A stretch of 64,000 nt of DNA from Botryllus schlosseri (taxonomy: Eukaryota). The notes beneath the pieces were generated by a model that searched no databases, was not told where the DNA came from, and saw only the letters and a list, made by a program, of their open reading frames with translations. Shown here in pieces: positions 1 through 14,557 of this stretch (position 1 is its first letter; every line of letters begins with the position of its first letter). The stretch is taken from positions 6,078,001-6,142,000 of the forward strand of contig CM119372.1 in the NCBI GenBank assembly GCA_051294905.1. The letters are read 5' to 3'. The translations under genes and the position numbers were made by a program.

Positions 1-115
1 CCTCGTGATTTTCCTAGTTTTGAACCTTACAAATTAGGTTATCACTCATTTTACAAATTTTGAGGTTTCATGGATCCCCTGAGAATGCTTCGCGAACCCC
101 GGTTGAGAACCACTG
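1..115. mobile_element. Terminal part of a hAT-Charlie-like MITE
   Basis: Ends GGTTGAGAACCACTG followed by CTCTATAT (nnnTAnnn). The other end lies outside the window. Confidence 0.6.
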
Positions 116-1473
116 CTCTATATCAATAACCGGACGCATAGATTCGAATAGGAAATCTCTGATATATGTATTCAAGCAATATAGCTCGTAATCATCTATA
201 ACATCATTTATACCTCACGGAACTTTTATGTTTGGCTATCCATAATCGCGAAATTCGCGCGAGGATATAGCATGTCATGGTTTCGCAAACTTATTTTACC
301 TCGCTAATACCTTTTTCACATTCAGTATCGTTTTCGGCTACACACGAGCGACGTGCTATGATAGGAATACGGTTATCGAATGTAGAATCTGCATTCCAAG
401 GAGTGTTGTAGCGTGGCTAAGAATTTCCAGAGAATAGCTATATCACGTTGCGGTATGGATATTAATCACCAAACATATGTGTTTAGTGCACGTGGTTTCA
501 TTACACACGAATCTGTCTATGAATGTGGTGGTGGTTGTTTCAATATCCATGATGCCTCGGCAGCTATGTTCATTTTACACCAAGCCTACACTTTTGCATG
601 AGATTCAGTTTCATCCCATCAGATACTGTTGCATCAAATTCGAAATATTTGTGATCGTAAACTTTCCATATTATTCTAGTTATGCCGGCTGCTCACGCAC
701 GATTCGTGATTATTGATTCTGCTTCTTTCGGTTTGTATACACGTGATACAAATATATGATACTTTATCTAATAACTAATAACTAATAATATATGTTTTGT
801 ATTTTACTTTACGAACTGAACAAAATCGATCAAACAGAATTTACCAACGGTAGCTATAAGAGATCGCTAACATCGTGGTTTCGCGATTGAACGGAGCTGA
901 ATGAAATAATTATTTGAAAAAATGTGACACACATTGCGAAATGGGTCATTATGGAGGGATGATATACATTCGGGAGAACCGCACTATCTTTGCCGTTCTC
1001 GCATTTTTTCATTATATCAAGAACCAGTGCATAGCTTAGTCAATTTACCAGATCAGTAGGCACATTTCAACGATGATATGACAATCGATCAACTTATCTT
1101 GTTACACCTAAATAAGCGCACGATTGCACCCAATTCAATACAATCAAAAGTATTTAACTGGCAATGACTCGACGATATACCATATTTTTCAACAACTCTA
1201 GAATTGCGAGACGTGAATAGCCTACCACATTTCAATAACACAAACAATGCTATGCGTGTAAAGCTGGCTGCTCTTGCTTCTATTTGTGAATTGAAATTCA
1301 AATAAGTATCGATACTTATCGTAAGACGGTTTTATCGGCCCCCGTGTGTTTAATTTTTATTGACGGTGTTTTCCTTATATATGAAGCAAGCACAAATACA
1401 TGTACCCCCTGAAATTATGTCTCCCGAAACTCGACACCATAATATATTATGTTTACTCAATATAGGTCAAGAG

Positions 1474-3065
1474 CAGAGGTCTGAAACACGTGGCCCGCGG
1501 GTCGCATGCGGCCCGCGAGAACAGTTTGTGCGGCCCGCGACGGCATTTTGGGTTTTTAAGTATTCGACAATTTATTCAACTGCCACATATCTTTGTTCGA
1601 TTTGAGAACTTGGAGTTCACTCAAAAACTACTCGAAAACCAAAAATCTCATGAAACTTCACTATATAACATCACTCAAAAAAGCTATTATGCGGTGGAAG
1701 ATCGCTGCTATTATGTCACATTTCTAGTTCATGGCGATAAAACACCATCTACTGATGATTCGTGACTGAAAAGTGTGATTTGGACTTCGGCGCAACCGTT
1801 CGTTAAATTATTCGAATTCGGACTGGGTTATAATATAAAAATGACTCACTCGAGTTGACGTAAACGTTAAAATCAGAGAAGTACTTGTGACTCGGAACGC
1901 CGTGACTTGGTACGACCAAACTATCAAACTCATGGGACATAATAGCATAATATATAAAAAGGTCGTTGCTTGCCTTGCGTAGCGTAAATAGCTTTCTAAT
2001 CAAGTTCACATGGGATCAATTGGTATTAGGTAGCCCTCATTATGTATAGTCAGGTGATCTTTGGTCTCTTTATCCATGTTATTATCGCCGGTGGCGAGTT
2101 AGGTAGTGGTACGCTACACAGCTGTAACACCAATGGAATTCTTCGGTGATTGGACATTTCTACTCAAGGGGTTCTTAACCAGGGATCCGTTGACCATTCC
2201 GGGGTACGAATCACCACATCAGGGGGTGCGAGAGGCATTGCGTTATTATAGTCCTTATCCAGAGCTTAAAATCGTTTTGCAAACCAACCCAAAGTGGATT
2301 ATTTATGGGATAATTTATTCAATTGAAAAATATTCTTCGTGCTACGCACGATCTTACGAGAATAGGCGTTTTGATTTTAATATAGGTACGATCAGAAATT
2401 GTATTGAATCTTATTAAAAGCACAAGGGGTTCGATCGCTAAAAAGGTTAAGAAACACTGCTATTACTGTGACATAATAATTATAATATTCAAGTTGTTAT
2501 TAATTAGTTCCCGTCAAAAGCAAACCTAATGCTGATTCAATTTTACTTTGACTTTGACATGAACAATAGCCTACTTATCAGGACTATTTTAGAAACCCCC
2601 GATTAGGCTATACCAATGATTGCCTATATATCATTGGGCTATACTGCTCAAATGCTCTGATGCCAGATCAATATAGTAGTAAATTCTGAAATATTCTACA
2701 TATAATTGTAACTCGTCAAATGGTCACTAGCTGCAATATTATAACGCGACAGCTTTTACCATGGCATGATGCATATGTCCTCTAGCAAAATGTCTATATC
2801 TCATTATTGTGACAAATTATGCCCTGCACAAAATCAATGTTATTTAATTTTTTGAAAGTGTGATTTTTTCATGCTAATCGTGACTAATACAATAGTAAAT
2901 TACATTTTCACGATGCTTGTGGAATGTCAGTCTCTAAGGTTCCGTCAAAGAGAGCCTATGCTTGGTAATTATACATTGAATACCCCCATTATTGATTGTG
3001 CGACCCGCGGCGTCATCAAAAACTAGGAAATTGGCCCGCGAGCACATTTGAGTTTGAGGCCTCTG
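1474..3065. mobile_element. Non-autonomous hAT (Buster/Charlie-type), family B copy 1
   Basis: TIRs CAGAGGTCTGAAAC / GTTTGAGGCCTCTG; TSD GTCAAGAG/GTCTAGAG (7/8); colinear with 38974-40550. Confidence 0.85.
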
Positions 3066-4080
3066 GTCTAGAGACTATAGATAGAGTAGATAGACAAAAG
3101 AACAAAGAACTAGAATGATAAGGGTTAAACTGCACATGATTTTACAAGGACCAGACGAAATCGACGCTGATAAAGATAAAATCTCAATGGGCTGTCCTTT
3201 ACGCACTCCTGACTACGCCAACGAGATGAGAAATTAGAATCTATAAAAGTGAATTGCAGCAAACTCAAAAAAGAGTTTGGTTTTTAACGTTGGAGGAATG
3301 TCACTATTCTCCCCGAATATAATCACTGAATGGATTCGGCCAATTTCCATACAATGGCCACTAAGGAGCTGTCAAGATCAAGAGTCGGATGCGAACCGTC
3401 AGATGACACATCGTATGGCTACCTTTGCACCAAGTGAATGTCATGAATTTCCTGTTATTTTTGCTTGCGGCATTGCGTTTTTCGCTCGAAACTGAAAGCA
3501 ACGAAGAGACAAAACTAAAACACGAGTGCCAAGTTACGATAGGGCTATTCCTGGTTTACGTTCATGATTTGTATTCACGATGTTTCGACAATACATTGGT
3601 CATTTTACAGCAGGCAGATATTCCCTCTTATAATGACTTTTAGCACGGACCACTTTCCCGTCGAGTTAAAGGCACTTAATCATGTCAGTTTATTTGCACT
3701 GTATTCTACTCTAGGCTATGCCATACTGCGTAAGCCACACCCAATAATCCTTACAGTTAAGTAATTAAACCCCGGATTTATGACCAAACCAAAGCAGTGG
3801 ATGATCCTGACGTTAAAAAGTAGGAATTTCCATGGTAATCTGCAGATGTTTAAATTCGTGATTGAGAGCCCTATAATCTATACACATTGTCCTCCTGTTG
3901 TCACCGACATGATTTTGTCAGACTGAATACCTTTCCAAAACTTTTCTTTGTCGGCTTGAAAATGTATTTATCGTATTATGAATTTTGAAACCATAACACT
4001 CATGATTAGGTAGTGAATGATGCGAGACAATAATGTCAGCAACACTTTTGAAATATTAAGCGTAGGCATTTTATTGTGAT

Positions 4081-5337
4081 GGTTGCCAGTGAATTTGGCA
4101 TGTCGAATTCGGTTCTTGGCCGTCCCTAATCCTAAACATAACCCGAACACATTATACATATCAAGTGTCCGTTGCCCGGCAATTCACCAAGCGCCGAATT
4201 CACCGAATTCACGAATCACAACCCAAGCGCATATTAAGGGGATGGTGTGAACGTGAGGTTCACGTTCGCGTTCTGTGTGTGAACCTCGGAAATTTAGAGG
4301 TTCGCGTTCACAACAGAACCTTGATAGGTTCTGCACTGTGAACCTTTTTCATATATTACAATTTTCACTTCATTATAACATCTTTGGTTGAAAATTATTG
4401 CATTTCAACTGCGGGCCACTCTATGCATGGCGCTGGCAGCATTAAAAATCAACACTAAACGAGCATGCACCTTGACAATCTCAAAAGTTTTACTTGCTTT
4501 GTTACAAAAGTTTGCTCGAAATATCCAGCTTTCCGTTTATGAATATTTAGTGACTCTCTGCTGTGAGTTTGACCCGCAATCACACAACATCACGAGCGAA
4601 ATACATAGTCAGCGAATGATGCTTATCCAACCAATCGATGAGATTGATATCGTTTTCTGATGCAAAAAAATCAAGCAGGCGTACGGGGTCAATCTTGACT
4701 TCATATCTTTACTGCATTATTAAAACCAAATCCTTGCGATTGAGGTGTTGTTAATGGGGTAATATCGGTAGCAAGTATAGAAACCCGTTTTACATTCAGC
4801 TTAATATCAATGTAGCGATACTCAGACGCCGAATACATTGTCCGGTCTGGCCTAGAACGTTCAGGCGTAAGCTTATGTTCCCTGGTAAGTCCTCATCGAA
4901 ATTGTTGGCAAAGCGACGGAAGATATTGATTTTATAGGAGTAGGCTATCATATCCTTTGATTGCCTCAGTTGATACATTTAGCGACGTTTAAAACGCCAA
5001 CATGTACTTCGGTATTGTGGAATGATGTGGCTCGAGTCGTCGCTAGGTATCGTGTACATTAATATAGGCTATCACTTCATTGAAAGATAGGGTTGGAATT
5101 AGCAATATGACGTCACGTGACGTCATGAGGTTCACGTTCGTGTTCACACAGAACCTTGCAAAAAGGTTCGCGTTCACACGAACCTGAACCTTTCAGAGGT
5201 TCACACCATCCCTAATATTAAGCGAAACATTCATTTTCAAATTTGTTATTATAATATTGATGCATTGCTTTCATAATAATACTAGTTATTCATTTTTATA
5301 ATTCCAAATCCACCAAGTGCCGAATTCACTGTTAACC
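4081..5337. mobile_element. Small TIR element (GGTTGCCAGTGAATTTGGCA...TGCCGAATTCACTGTTAACC) interrupted by a family A hAT MITE
   Basis: Imperfect ~20-bp inverted termini and internal CCGAATTCAC repeats. Superfamily not assigned. Confidence 0.5.
4239..5214. mobile_element. Non-autonomous hAT (Ac-type), family A copy 1
   Basis: GGGATGGTGTGAAC ... GTTCACACCATCCCTA with ATATTAAG on both sides (left TIR lacks the terminal TA); subterminal GGTTCAC/GTGAACC repeats. Confidence 0.85.
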
Positions 5338-5340
5338 ATT

Positions 5341-5600
5341 CCCGTGACGTGCGGTCAGGGGAGGCAAGTGAGGCAGTGTTTCACCTGTCGTCAGGATGAG
5401 TAAAAAGAAATTGTGACACCTTCAATGATTATAACACCAATGCTTATGTGCATCTTCCGTCGATGTTCAGGAATGACTAATTTTGAAAATTTTTACATAC
5501 ATAATCACGGAAATCACATATTTTTTGTTCAAAAATATAGCGCGAAAGAAGAGGTGAGGCACAGGCTGGCCAAGGCTCACGTGTGGTAGGGCAAATCATC
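5341..5600. mobile_element. One end of the CAGTGACGTGCGGT TIR family (same family as 37339-38299)
   Basis: Reverse complement of about 38040-38299, with GTGAGGCA motifs. Confidence 0.65.
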
Positions 5601-7959
5601 ATAAACAGCTCAGACTTCGTAGTAATAAAGCCAAAACACTAAAACTTCCTCAAAATCGCCAAGGAATGAAAAATCCCGTACTCTGGTCATCGCGTATGTA
5701 GGTAATGTTGGCTTGCATAATGAGTCGACAATTGAGCTTGGATATTGCGGCATTAGTCCGTCATTTTGTCCCGTATCGTTATCAAGTATATACAATATTA
5801 CTTCGCAGATTGTATTAGCAGGATCCAAAGTGCTAATGGCACTCATATATCACAAGTAGGGAAATTTTTTGACATGTCCAAAAAAGTCAAAATTAGGTCA
5901 GAATTGTAGTGTTAGGTCAAAAAATGTCAGAACCGTTAACAAAGTCAAATGTTTTCTTTTTCTTTCTCCATCCTTGGTAGCGACTTAGTAAGGACAGACA
6001 CTTCAACCCGAGAATATAAGAGAGTGTCTTTCGTTGTACTACAATTTTTTTTAAATTATTTCTACCATAATGCGTGATGTAACTACTGGAATTCTTTAGA
6101 TGGCCAGATTTCGTCTGAATAAAGTTTCTTCATGTAAAACTTGTCAGTTTTTGAGGCAAAAAAATATTTTTCAGGTGAAACTACTTCGTAAGGACAGACA
6201 GTTTCAACCAGAAATGAAGATAAGCAGTACAATTCCAACATTATGTAGGAAACACCTAATTTGCATACCTTAGGTCAAATTTGGTCAAAATTAGGATTTT
6301 TAAGGTAAAAAATGTCAAAATTTGGATTTTTTAGGTCAAAATCTTCCGTTTTTAGGTAAAAAATCGCCGTAATCATAGGATGTGCTGTTCCGGTACTTGA
6401 GATATTAACGGCCGCAATAATATCAATATATGGATAATGGTTCATATTCACATTGGTTAAATTTCCGCTCGTAATGTCGGCAGAGGTGCGTATATCAGGT
6501 TAGACGTGGGTGATTTCGTCTTTGTTTACAAGACCTATGGTAATACGGTTAATACAGGTAATGCTACAAGAACAGAGCGTAAAAGTCCTGGTATGTCTCA
6601 ATACGTGGACGGAACACACCAACTACCACCAACATCCAGTATGTAATTCAAATGTCAAGAATGCACTGATCCAGCCTTTAATACTGGTACCTCGAAGGAT
6701 TAGGATGTGGGGGTTAACACAAACTAAATTCTGGCAGAATCCAGCTGATCCGCGCCTTTCTGGTTGGAGGAATACCAAAGATTATGAAAATCTGCGGACC
6801 AAGTGCATAATCTCTGTTTTGATTATGTTATATATACTATTCCTGTGGTATTTGAAGGATAAAGCATCATGTGCGGTATGATTCCGTGGCGGAAACACCA
6901 TTTTAATAACAGGAACGGGGAGTTGCATTACATCAACTTCGTATAGAAAAAAATATTTATATGGGTGAGCGACTCGTTACGGTATACCTATACTAGACTA
7001 CTGCGTGTGGATTAAACCTAAATAGAAGGATTTAGAATGGAAACAGTGGAGTAATTGACATATCCAACACACATTTGTCATAAAGAAGACGGATGGGCCG
7101 GAGTGTTCTCTCAATCCCGCGCGCCAAGCTACTTTGTGCAAAAGATTAGGGATTTGTGCAATGTACAATTTACGGGATGAAACGCTGCCTTGGGCGTTTT
7201 ATCGTATTTCTAATGTATTCCCTTTATCTAATTTGGCGTGAAATCTATTTTTTCGAGATCTCCAAGACGCCTTTTTCTGTGTAACATTTCCGAATCGGTT
7301 AGTTTCTTTCAAAAGGTCCGACGGCTTTTCATGCTGATGCTGCGTTGCAATACGTATAGGAGTTGTGCTAAAAAGGGCACTGTTCACCTTCGCCTTCGAT
7401 ATATGTGAACCAGCATAACTCAAATGTTCGGTTTCGCGAACGAGCGTTGGCGGGTTCTACTATTGAAACAATTTTTGTGACATACCGCACTATTTCCAGT
7501 GATCTTACCATCAATCATTAAAATCCCCAGGAGTCTAACACGACGACACTAAAGAATATTCGACACGAAACTAACAGAAAGCTTGTGTGCAATAAACTGT
7601 ATATCCTTTTGATGATTTTGTTTGACATGCCACGATATTTAGCAATATAATTACACTCCTTCGTCACAGCTAAGTGCTTGACCCCAGTCAAATCTATTGC
7701 CGTGCTGTGACAGAGTTATATCTATGTTTGATGAGCCGGAAATGGTATATGTGGCTCTATGGGGCCAAAGAGTTCTAGGGCTCGGATTATCTCTCTACAA
7801 TACTTAGTGACTATGAAGGACTGTAGTTTACACAAAGTGATCTGGGATGCATTATGATTTTACCAGCGAGTTATTCTTATGATGGGAAAAGACGTTATGA
7901 ATTTTTGTCCTTGATGCTTTTGCGGTATATAACACACATCGGCTCATATATACATACAG

Positions 7960-8228
7960 ACGATGTGTTTATACTGTATATGCATATCATGGGTGCATGA
8001 TGGGCAATTGGGCATATGCCGCTGGACAAGGAAGGATCATAAATAGCCTTGTAGGCCGTTCTAAGTCTTGCACCACCCCGCACCCATGTTATCCCGATAC
8101 TGAACGCCAAGCGGGGAAGTCACGGATACCAGTGTGACTATTCAGGTCTTTGGTCTGACCCGATCAGGGATTGCACCCACGACCTACAAACCAAGAGGCT
8201 GGACGCATCACCATTACGCTATCTTGTC
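7960..8228 (-). mobile_element. tRNA-derived SINE with Meta/MESC-like core
   Basis: Minus strand: A box TAGCGTAATGG, B-box-like GGTGCAATCCC, then GGGTCAGACCAAAGAC...TGGTA...CTTCCCCGCTTGGCGTTCAG. The 3' boundary is approximate. Confidence 0.65.
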
Positions 8229-8497
8229 GATAGAATTCCATCATACCACATTTCGTATATAAGTGATATCTTTACGGGTGATATTCCATGAATCACATCA
8301 AGGACACGCAGTTTAATGACCATTGCAAATGGCGACCATAAATTTATTTACCAATTTGAAAATACAGATTTCAGCCGAAATTAAGATCTGCTAGGTTAGA
8401 AAAGTTCCGTTGAACCCAAGCATCCTATCAACCGAAACATTCAAGGCCATTACGAGATTCCTGTTAAATTACAGTACAACATCCAAACACTATAGAA

Positions 8498-9307
8498 CAG
8501 GGGTCGTTAACCCTATATTTTTCAATTGCAGTTCCGAAAGAGCCGTGCGATGATTCCAGTTGACTGTTACGTCACAATTGAAGACAAGTGAGGTCATCGT
8601 GGCAAGAAATCGAAGTTCACTACATGTGATACGTCGAGTGCACCATATTTCTGTATACAATACACTGTTATAACGCCTGCCCAGATCCAACGAACGTCCG
8701 ACTTTTTGGCATGCAACATAATGAAAAACGGCAGTTAAGCAGTGGATAGTTTGGTTTAGCTATTCATACAGGCGCCGTCATTTCGTCATGTCTGCTATTT
8801 TCTGATTATCAACGCATTGTACAGTCCAAGATTTCAAGGCGTGCAATGGAGGGTACGGGGAATTATGATATTGGATAAGCTATTGATAGCAACTTTGTTT
8901 TTGCCATCATGTACCTTCGTATCGAACTTGGCGGATTAGATTTGTCCGATGCATTCCACTAAATAACTTGAAGGTAGAGTATTTGCGCTATTGTCGGAAA
9001 ATCTATTATATTGGACTGATGATAACGGAAAATCATCAGCAGTCAATATTCGCCATAAATGCCGAAATGTTGAGTTTTGAACCACTACCCCCTGCCCAGA
9101 ATAATTCACTGTATTGATCTCATGAAGACTTGTCTCATCTACTACAAAAATAATGATGCCAGCCGTTATGGAAAGTTATTAGAAACTTGCGACAGTATTA
9201 ATAAATAAGATGGGAATAGTGTGCCGAATCGGAAATTTATCAAAGAGGCATATTTTATCGTCAAATGGGCCATATATGGCTCGCAAGCCATAGGTTCCCG
9301 ATCTCTG
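8498..9307. mobile_element. Non-autonomous hAT (Buster/Charlie-type), related to 58217-59402
   Basis: CAGGGGTCGTTAACC ... GGTTCCCGATCTCTG; TSD CTATAGAA/ATATAGAA (7/8); shares CTGTTACGTCACAATTGAA with about 58303. Confidence 0.75.
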
Positions 9308-10155
9308 ATATAGAAAGAGTGACTGACATGTTCCGCATAAGAGTAACATCAACGGCGACAAGAGTTTCAATCGAGATTCGTTCATCTTTTTATTTTCAAA
9401 TGTATTTCCAACACTTAGCTCGCTTTTAAAAATGCCTTGAATGAGTACCGTTCACTAGGATCCGTCTTTCGGGTGAACAGATGAAGTGCCGCTACCTTTC
9501 ACACCACTGTATTTAGCTTGCATATCATGTATATACTCGATCAACAAGTCAGAAAAGACCATCATCTCAAGAGAGACGTAACGGTCCATTGGTGGTTATG
9601 AAAGAAGTTGCTAAATAAATTCGTCCGTCGGCCAGCTCATTTTGAATGGGCCGGTCACATACTTGAAGTTCAAAGGAGGTGAATCCGTTTTGTAAATCCA
9701 CAAGCATTTAGATAAACATCAACGACTGCTATCATCGATTGCGGCCAATATTCTTTGCACGGCAAACTAGAAGTGAAAATGAAGATGAGCGTTATGTCAT
9801 TTTCTCCAGTATTCGGGCATGGATGGCATGGTGTGATTTAAAACTATTGCATTGAGCCCATCTCGTTGGAATACGAGTCATCACATAATTTAATCTTTAC
9901 AATTTAGAAACGAATTTATTGACACGGTGCCTCCCTAATCAATATGAACCTGAAGCTCTCAACTGGGGTTGGGATTCAACGTCTGCGTTCGGGATATACG
10001 CCTGAATGTCCAGAATTTTCTACATTGCCACACGCTTTTATAAGTCGCAAACATTCTCAGTACAAAGTAATAATCGTATAGCCACTGTGTGGGTTGACTA
10101 GGATTCAATATGACACATAGGTTACACGTTGTACAAATGTGATCTTGGTCTATAC

Positions 10156-11083
10156 CAGTGGATCTCAACCGCCGGTCTGCGAAGACTTTCCTGTCGGTCC
10201 GCCTGGCATATTACAATTTTAAACCTTAATTTCAAGATGTAATATGTTGAAGGCTTTTCCATTAAATAAATAAAACAAAATTTTAAACTGATTCCGAACT
10301 TCTTGAGGTAACATTAGTTCTGGAAACATGTTCGATTTGATTTGAAGTTCAAGCCGTGTCATTTGACGACATGTGAGCGACAAGTACGAATCGACTCGCT
10401 AAACCGCGCAGTTTGCACGATCATTCATTTTCGATTCATTCATTTTGTGCAGGACCGTATTTCAGCATCCCGAACTCCAATTGAAGGGGGCTCAAAGTTA
10501 TGTCGTGAATGAGCATAAATAACGGAGTAATTTTTTTTAACTTCATTCCACTGATTTCAATTTTTTCCGCGCCTTGCGCGATTTGCTGTCACCAAAAGCA
10601 TTGCTTGTTTAGTGCCATTCCACACGAAATACACATGATCTATAGCCATAGCAATAGCCCTTTTGTCGTCAGCCATTACCGATGATGATCATGAACTTTA
10701 GGCTAGCATGGGACTCCGAAAAGTGTGCCAAAGATTCAGCAGCGAGAAAACCTTGGCCAAAAAGGACTGCCCTCTTTTGACCGAAAATTTCGATATAGAT
10801 ATGTCAAATTGTCCATAGGCGCCTAAAGCACGTTTATCTAGGCAAGGTAAGGTTACCTCGACTCAGCAGACTCACTACCGTAAAATCCCATGGATGCCAT
10901 CATGAACATAATTAATTACAATTGCAACCCGCTAAATGTCACTCTCCAGCACCACATACTTGCGAAACATTGGTTGCATACTTTTCATTTTGGGTTGATT
11001 TCAATTTTTGAAAATCCGGCGGACCGCCAAATATTTTTTGAAATTTTACCGGACCGCGAGGTGAAAAAGGTTGAGAACCCCTG
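10156..11083. mobile_element. Non-autonomous hAT (Buster/Charlie-type)
   Basis: CAGTGGATCTCAACC ... GGTTGAGAACCCCTG; perfect TSD GTCTATAC. Confidence 0.9.
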
Positions 11084-14074
11084 GTCTATACTCAAACATG
11101 GGTCATTTATGGTAGTACTAGGGCACAGTCGTAAACTAATTCCCAACGTTGGAATTCTACTTCAACTTCAAGGATATTTGGCACAACTCATAGTACGCTA
11201 CTTCTATATTGGATAGAAAATTACCCCACTCCTTAAATAACATCAATAATTTTGTCCAGAATTTTGCATTCTGAAATATGGTAACCCTACTTTAGCACCT
11301 ATACCTCGGTGTCAATAACACAAAAGTCACCTCGGCCAAGATTCCGGTAAATAATCCCCGTAAAACAGGAACGATATAGACAAGGCCAAAGATCAGATCG
11401 TAATGAGTTCAGCGCCAAGTAATGAATACAATAAAATACAAAAATGACAGGTAAAATGCTGGGTGTGCGAGGAAGGTGTCCGGGAGCTTCATTTATAAGA
11501 ACCACATAAGCAATACGACAATAATAAGATGTAAATACCCTGTGTGCTTTATTCTAGGTTCTTATGTTACCAGAGTTTTCGATATACAATACATTTTACT
11601 GATACGCCAAACGCTGCTACTTTTTATCGCATCCAGTTATATGTAATCTTCTGTTACTTTTCATTCAGTGAGCATGCCTCTTATGCACGACGCACGCGTC
11701 CTGTGGCACGCGAAGGCATTTAGGGTGGTACGCAGTAAATGCATTTATTTTCAAGTAAAATAGCAGTTTTCGCAAAATCGTAAACGTATTTTTCTGGTGT
11801 GAGAAATGTTGGATGCATACATATAAATATTTCATGCGTCATTCCGACTCACTTGCAGCACACCGAGATCAGCTTGTAAGGAAGAAACGATTGCTGCCAT
11901 CACTTCAATTGTGCCTTGTTCGTGTGTGTTATTAATAATCTAATGGGCGGAATTGCTCGGGGGATGCATTTGTTTCTAAATGTTCGGGCCGATTTATTTG
12001 CTAGTCTTCCCATGTTAATAATCCATTATACGTTTCCTGTATACAATTAAATTTTCCTTTAATTTGTTGGATAATCGACAAAATCATAGCACGGCGAGGT
12101 GGTACGCGGGAAGAAAAGGGTCGAGAACCCCGGCTCTGGGCCAGTGTATAGATGTACGATTTTAAGGCTGCTCCAAGTCGTTTCGACTCCTTCCAATTAA
12201 TCCATTTTACCGCAATCCCGCGGAGTTTTGGGTAGATAGAAGTAATAAAGAACGCATGCATTTCGCCTTTGGGATCGCTCAAAATCCAAATTAGAAATAT
12301 TCATGAATAGATAAAATTACTACTGTGGGTAGTCCATCCTAAGCCTCAACAAAGGTCAACTCATGCTATTTTGATTTACTCACCAGGTGGTTTGTTTGGG
12401 TTGTACCCCACATTACCGCAAACGTGCATATTACCTATCTATAGATTGCCTCGCAACGCTTACGGTTATTACAAAGCCATGACGTTATGACGCACATTTC
12501 GTAAAACAGTCGAGTGAATTTGGGAAGGATGGCAATACTTTATGTTAGGACCACATTCATGGTCGTTAGATTGCTGAGTACTTTCCGCATATATATTTCG
12601 AACATAGGGTGTGGCGGTTACGCAGCGTATCCAACGGGTTTGGTCAGAATTTAAACCGTAATACTCTGTCTAAAACAATCACACGGCTTCCGAGGAATTT
12701 AGTTATTTCAACGAACTGTCGAAATTCAGGAGTGGACATAATTCGGTATTCCAGTAACGTAGAGAATATGTGACTAACGGACCATGGCTCACGCACGCGA
12801 CGTAATAATTTTGCGTCATTGACCTTCGCAACGTTTCCAGCAATCGAAGTATCACATTAAACTTTGAGCTTTTGATCGATGGCGTTTTGATACAGTGAAA
12901 TTTCAGATAGGTTATCATTAGTTACATACGTGCTTCAAGCCTATACGTGCACCTCAACGGAAAGGATTTTTGAATTCATACATGTCATTCAAGCAAAGCT
13001 ATCCATTCTGAAAATCATAAGATTGACAGCTAACGATGATGTCTCAATGGCACATAATTTCAGTTCAATACACCAACACATGTGTTGTGTAGGCAGGAGA
13101 TTATTAGGACACGACATCACCGTGTTTCCAGATAATCCCTCTTCGACAACCCATTGTGAGAGCCGTGTATAACTGTATTGACAATAAATGCGTGTAAAAT
13201 GTGTACACACGCGCGGTCACGCCAAATAGGAAGTCGTTCACCCGCATTCGCATTGCTTGTGCCGATGAAGGTCTTTTGTGTGCGACTGCAAACAGATAAT
13301 GGATTTCATAATAGTAGAGCCCGTTGATTGACAAGTCGTGAATTGAGTGGGATCGATGCAGAATTTTCCAACAATAGGAGATGAAAAAACCTGTATGAGT
13401 GAGCACGAAATCGTGGAATGGATGCATATAGAATATACGCGGTGATGCCAATTCGAATGTTGCCAAAATAGATTACGCTACAACTTCATCGCTGATAGGC
13501 CTGAAATGCGAACCTTTGCTCATTTTGTAATGAGTAATCTGGGCATGGGTTTGTGTTTGCAACCTCGAGAAGAAATGTGCGATAAATTTGTCGATAAATT
13601 TCAAAATCCGCAGTCCCGCCTAAACGTTTAGTCCAAGATCCAAGACTGAGTTTCGATTCTCATTAAAGCAAGACCCATACCAGAGACGTCTGGTTTTCGG
13701 CTTTCGCTGAACACTTCTTAGGGACTGGAGAAATTCCCATGCCCGGTCCGGCGACGGTTGTTGTGGTATTCAAGGTGTTTCATTTTTATTCCGTAGCTGC
13801 CGACTTGTGGCACGGCCCAATTCTAGTTAATACCTTATCTGGCAGGAGGATGGGCTCCTGGCCGTTAAAGCTGACATAGATATACACCTGAATAGCATGA
13901 TGGTATACCGTTTGACGTTGGAACTGCGTACCCACAGACTCAATGCGATAGATTCAATTCACCGTTGAAAATGATATTACCTGGTATACCTGATAAATAC
14001 CTGGTATGTTATTGCGACATCGGAAGCTAATCGTGACCTCATTTTAAACGCGCTACAGGTGTTGCAAATATATG

Positions 14075-14557
14075 CAGTCTATCCTGCTTAATTCGGGCAC
14101 CGGACAACCGCTTTATTCGGTCAAAATGCTGCTCGGGAATAGAACGAAAGTGTAAATTGCATCCCGTAATAAACTCCCGTTCGGACATATTCTCGCAATT
14201 TCTATCGTTTGGTTATGACGCAATAAGCAGCAGTACCTCGTTCGTTTTAACACAAGATGAGTGATTATGGTAAAGCAAAGATGATCCATGTAGTAACAAT
14301 CGACAATGAACTCTTAAAAGACCGTGTCAGTTTCATAGTCACTTTTAATTCGGGACAATTAAATCCATCTTGTAGAACAGAATAGATTATCTCGCTACTG
14401 TTTTCAAATCAAATGCGGAATCATTATACGCAGCAGTTAGTCTAAGTTCACTTGACGCGGTATTTCAGCCATCACCATAAAATGAACTATTGATTTTCCG
14501 GTTAATTCGGTCAAAAGTGAGCGGAACCAAAGTTTTCGAATTGAGCGGAGTCGACTG
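14075..14557. mobile_element. Degenerate Tc1/pogo(Tigger)-like MITE
   Basis: CAGTCTATCCTGCTTAATTCG ... CGAATTGAGCGGAGTCGACTG; the expected TA TSD is degenerate on both sides. Confidence 0.55.

Noticed and set aside
3443..3643. Signal-peptide-like ORF MNFLLFLLAALRFSLETES...
   Set aside because: Weak donor, an early stop in the next candidate exon and no recognisable domain.
6510..6881. 123-aa ORF and a nearby LDVGDFVFVY motif
   Set aside because: No supporting domain or splice structure; too little to call an integrase fragment.
9490..9770. Minus-strand exon-like segments (FAVQRILAAIDD..; MDRYVSLEMMVF..)
   Set aside because: One has an internal stop, they could not be linked into a gene, and no family was recognised.
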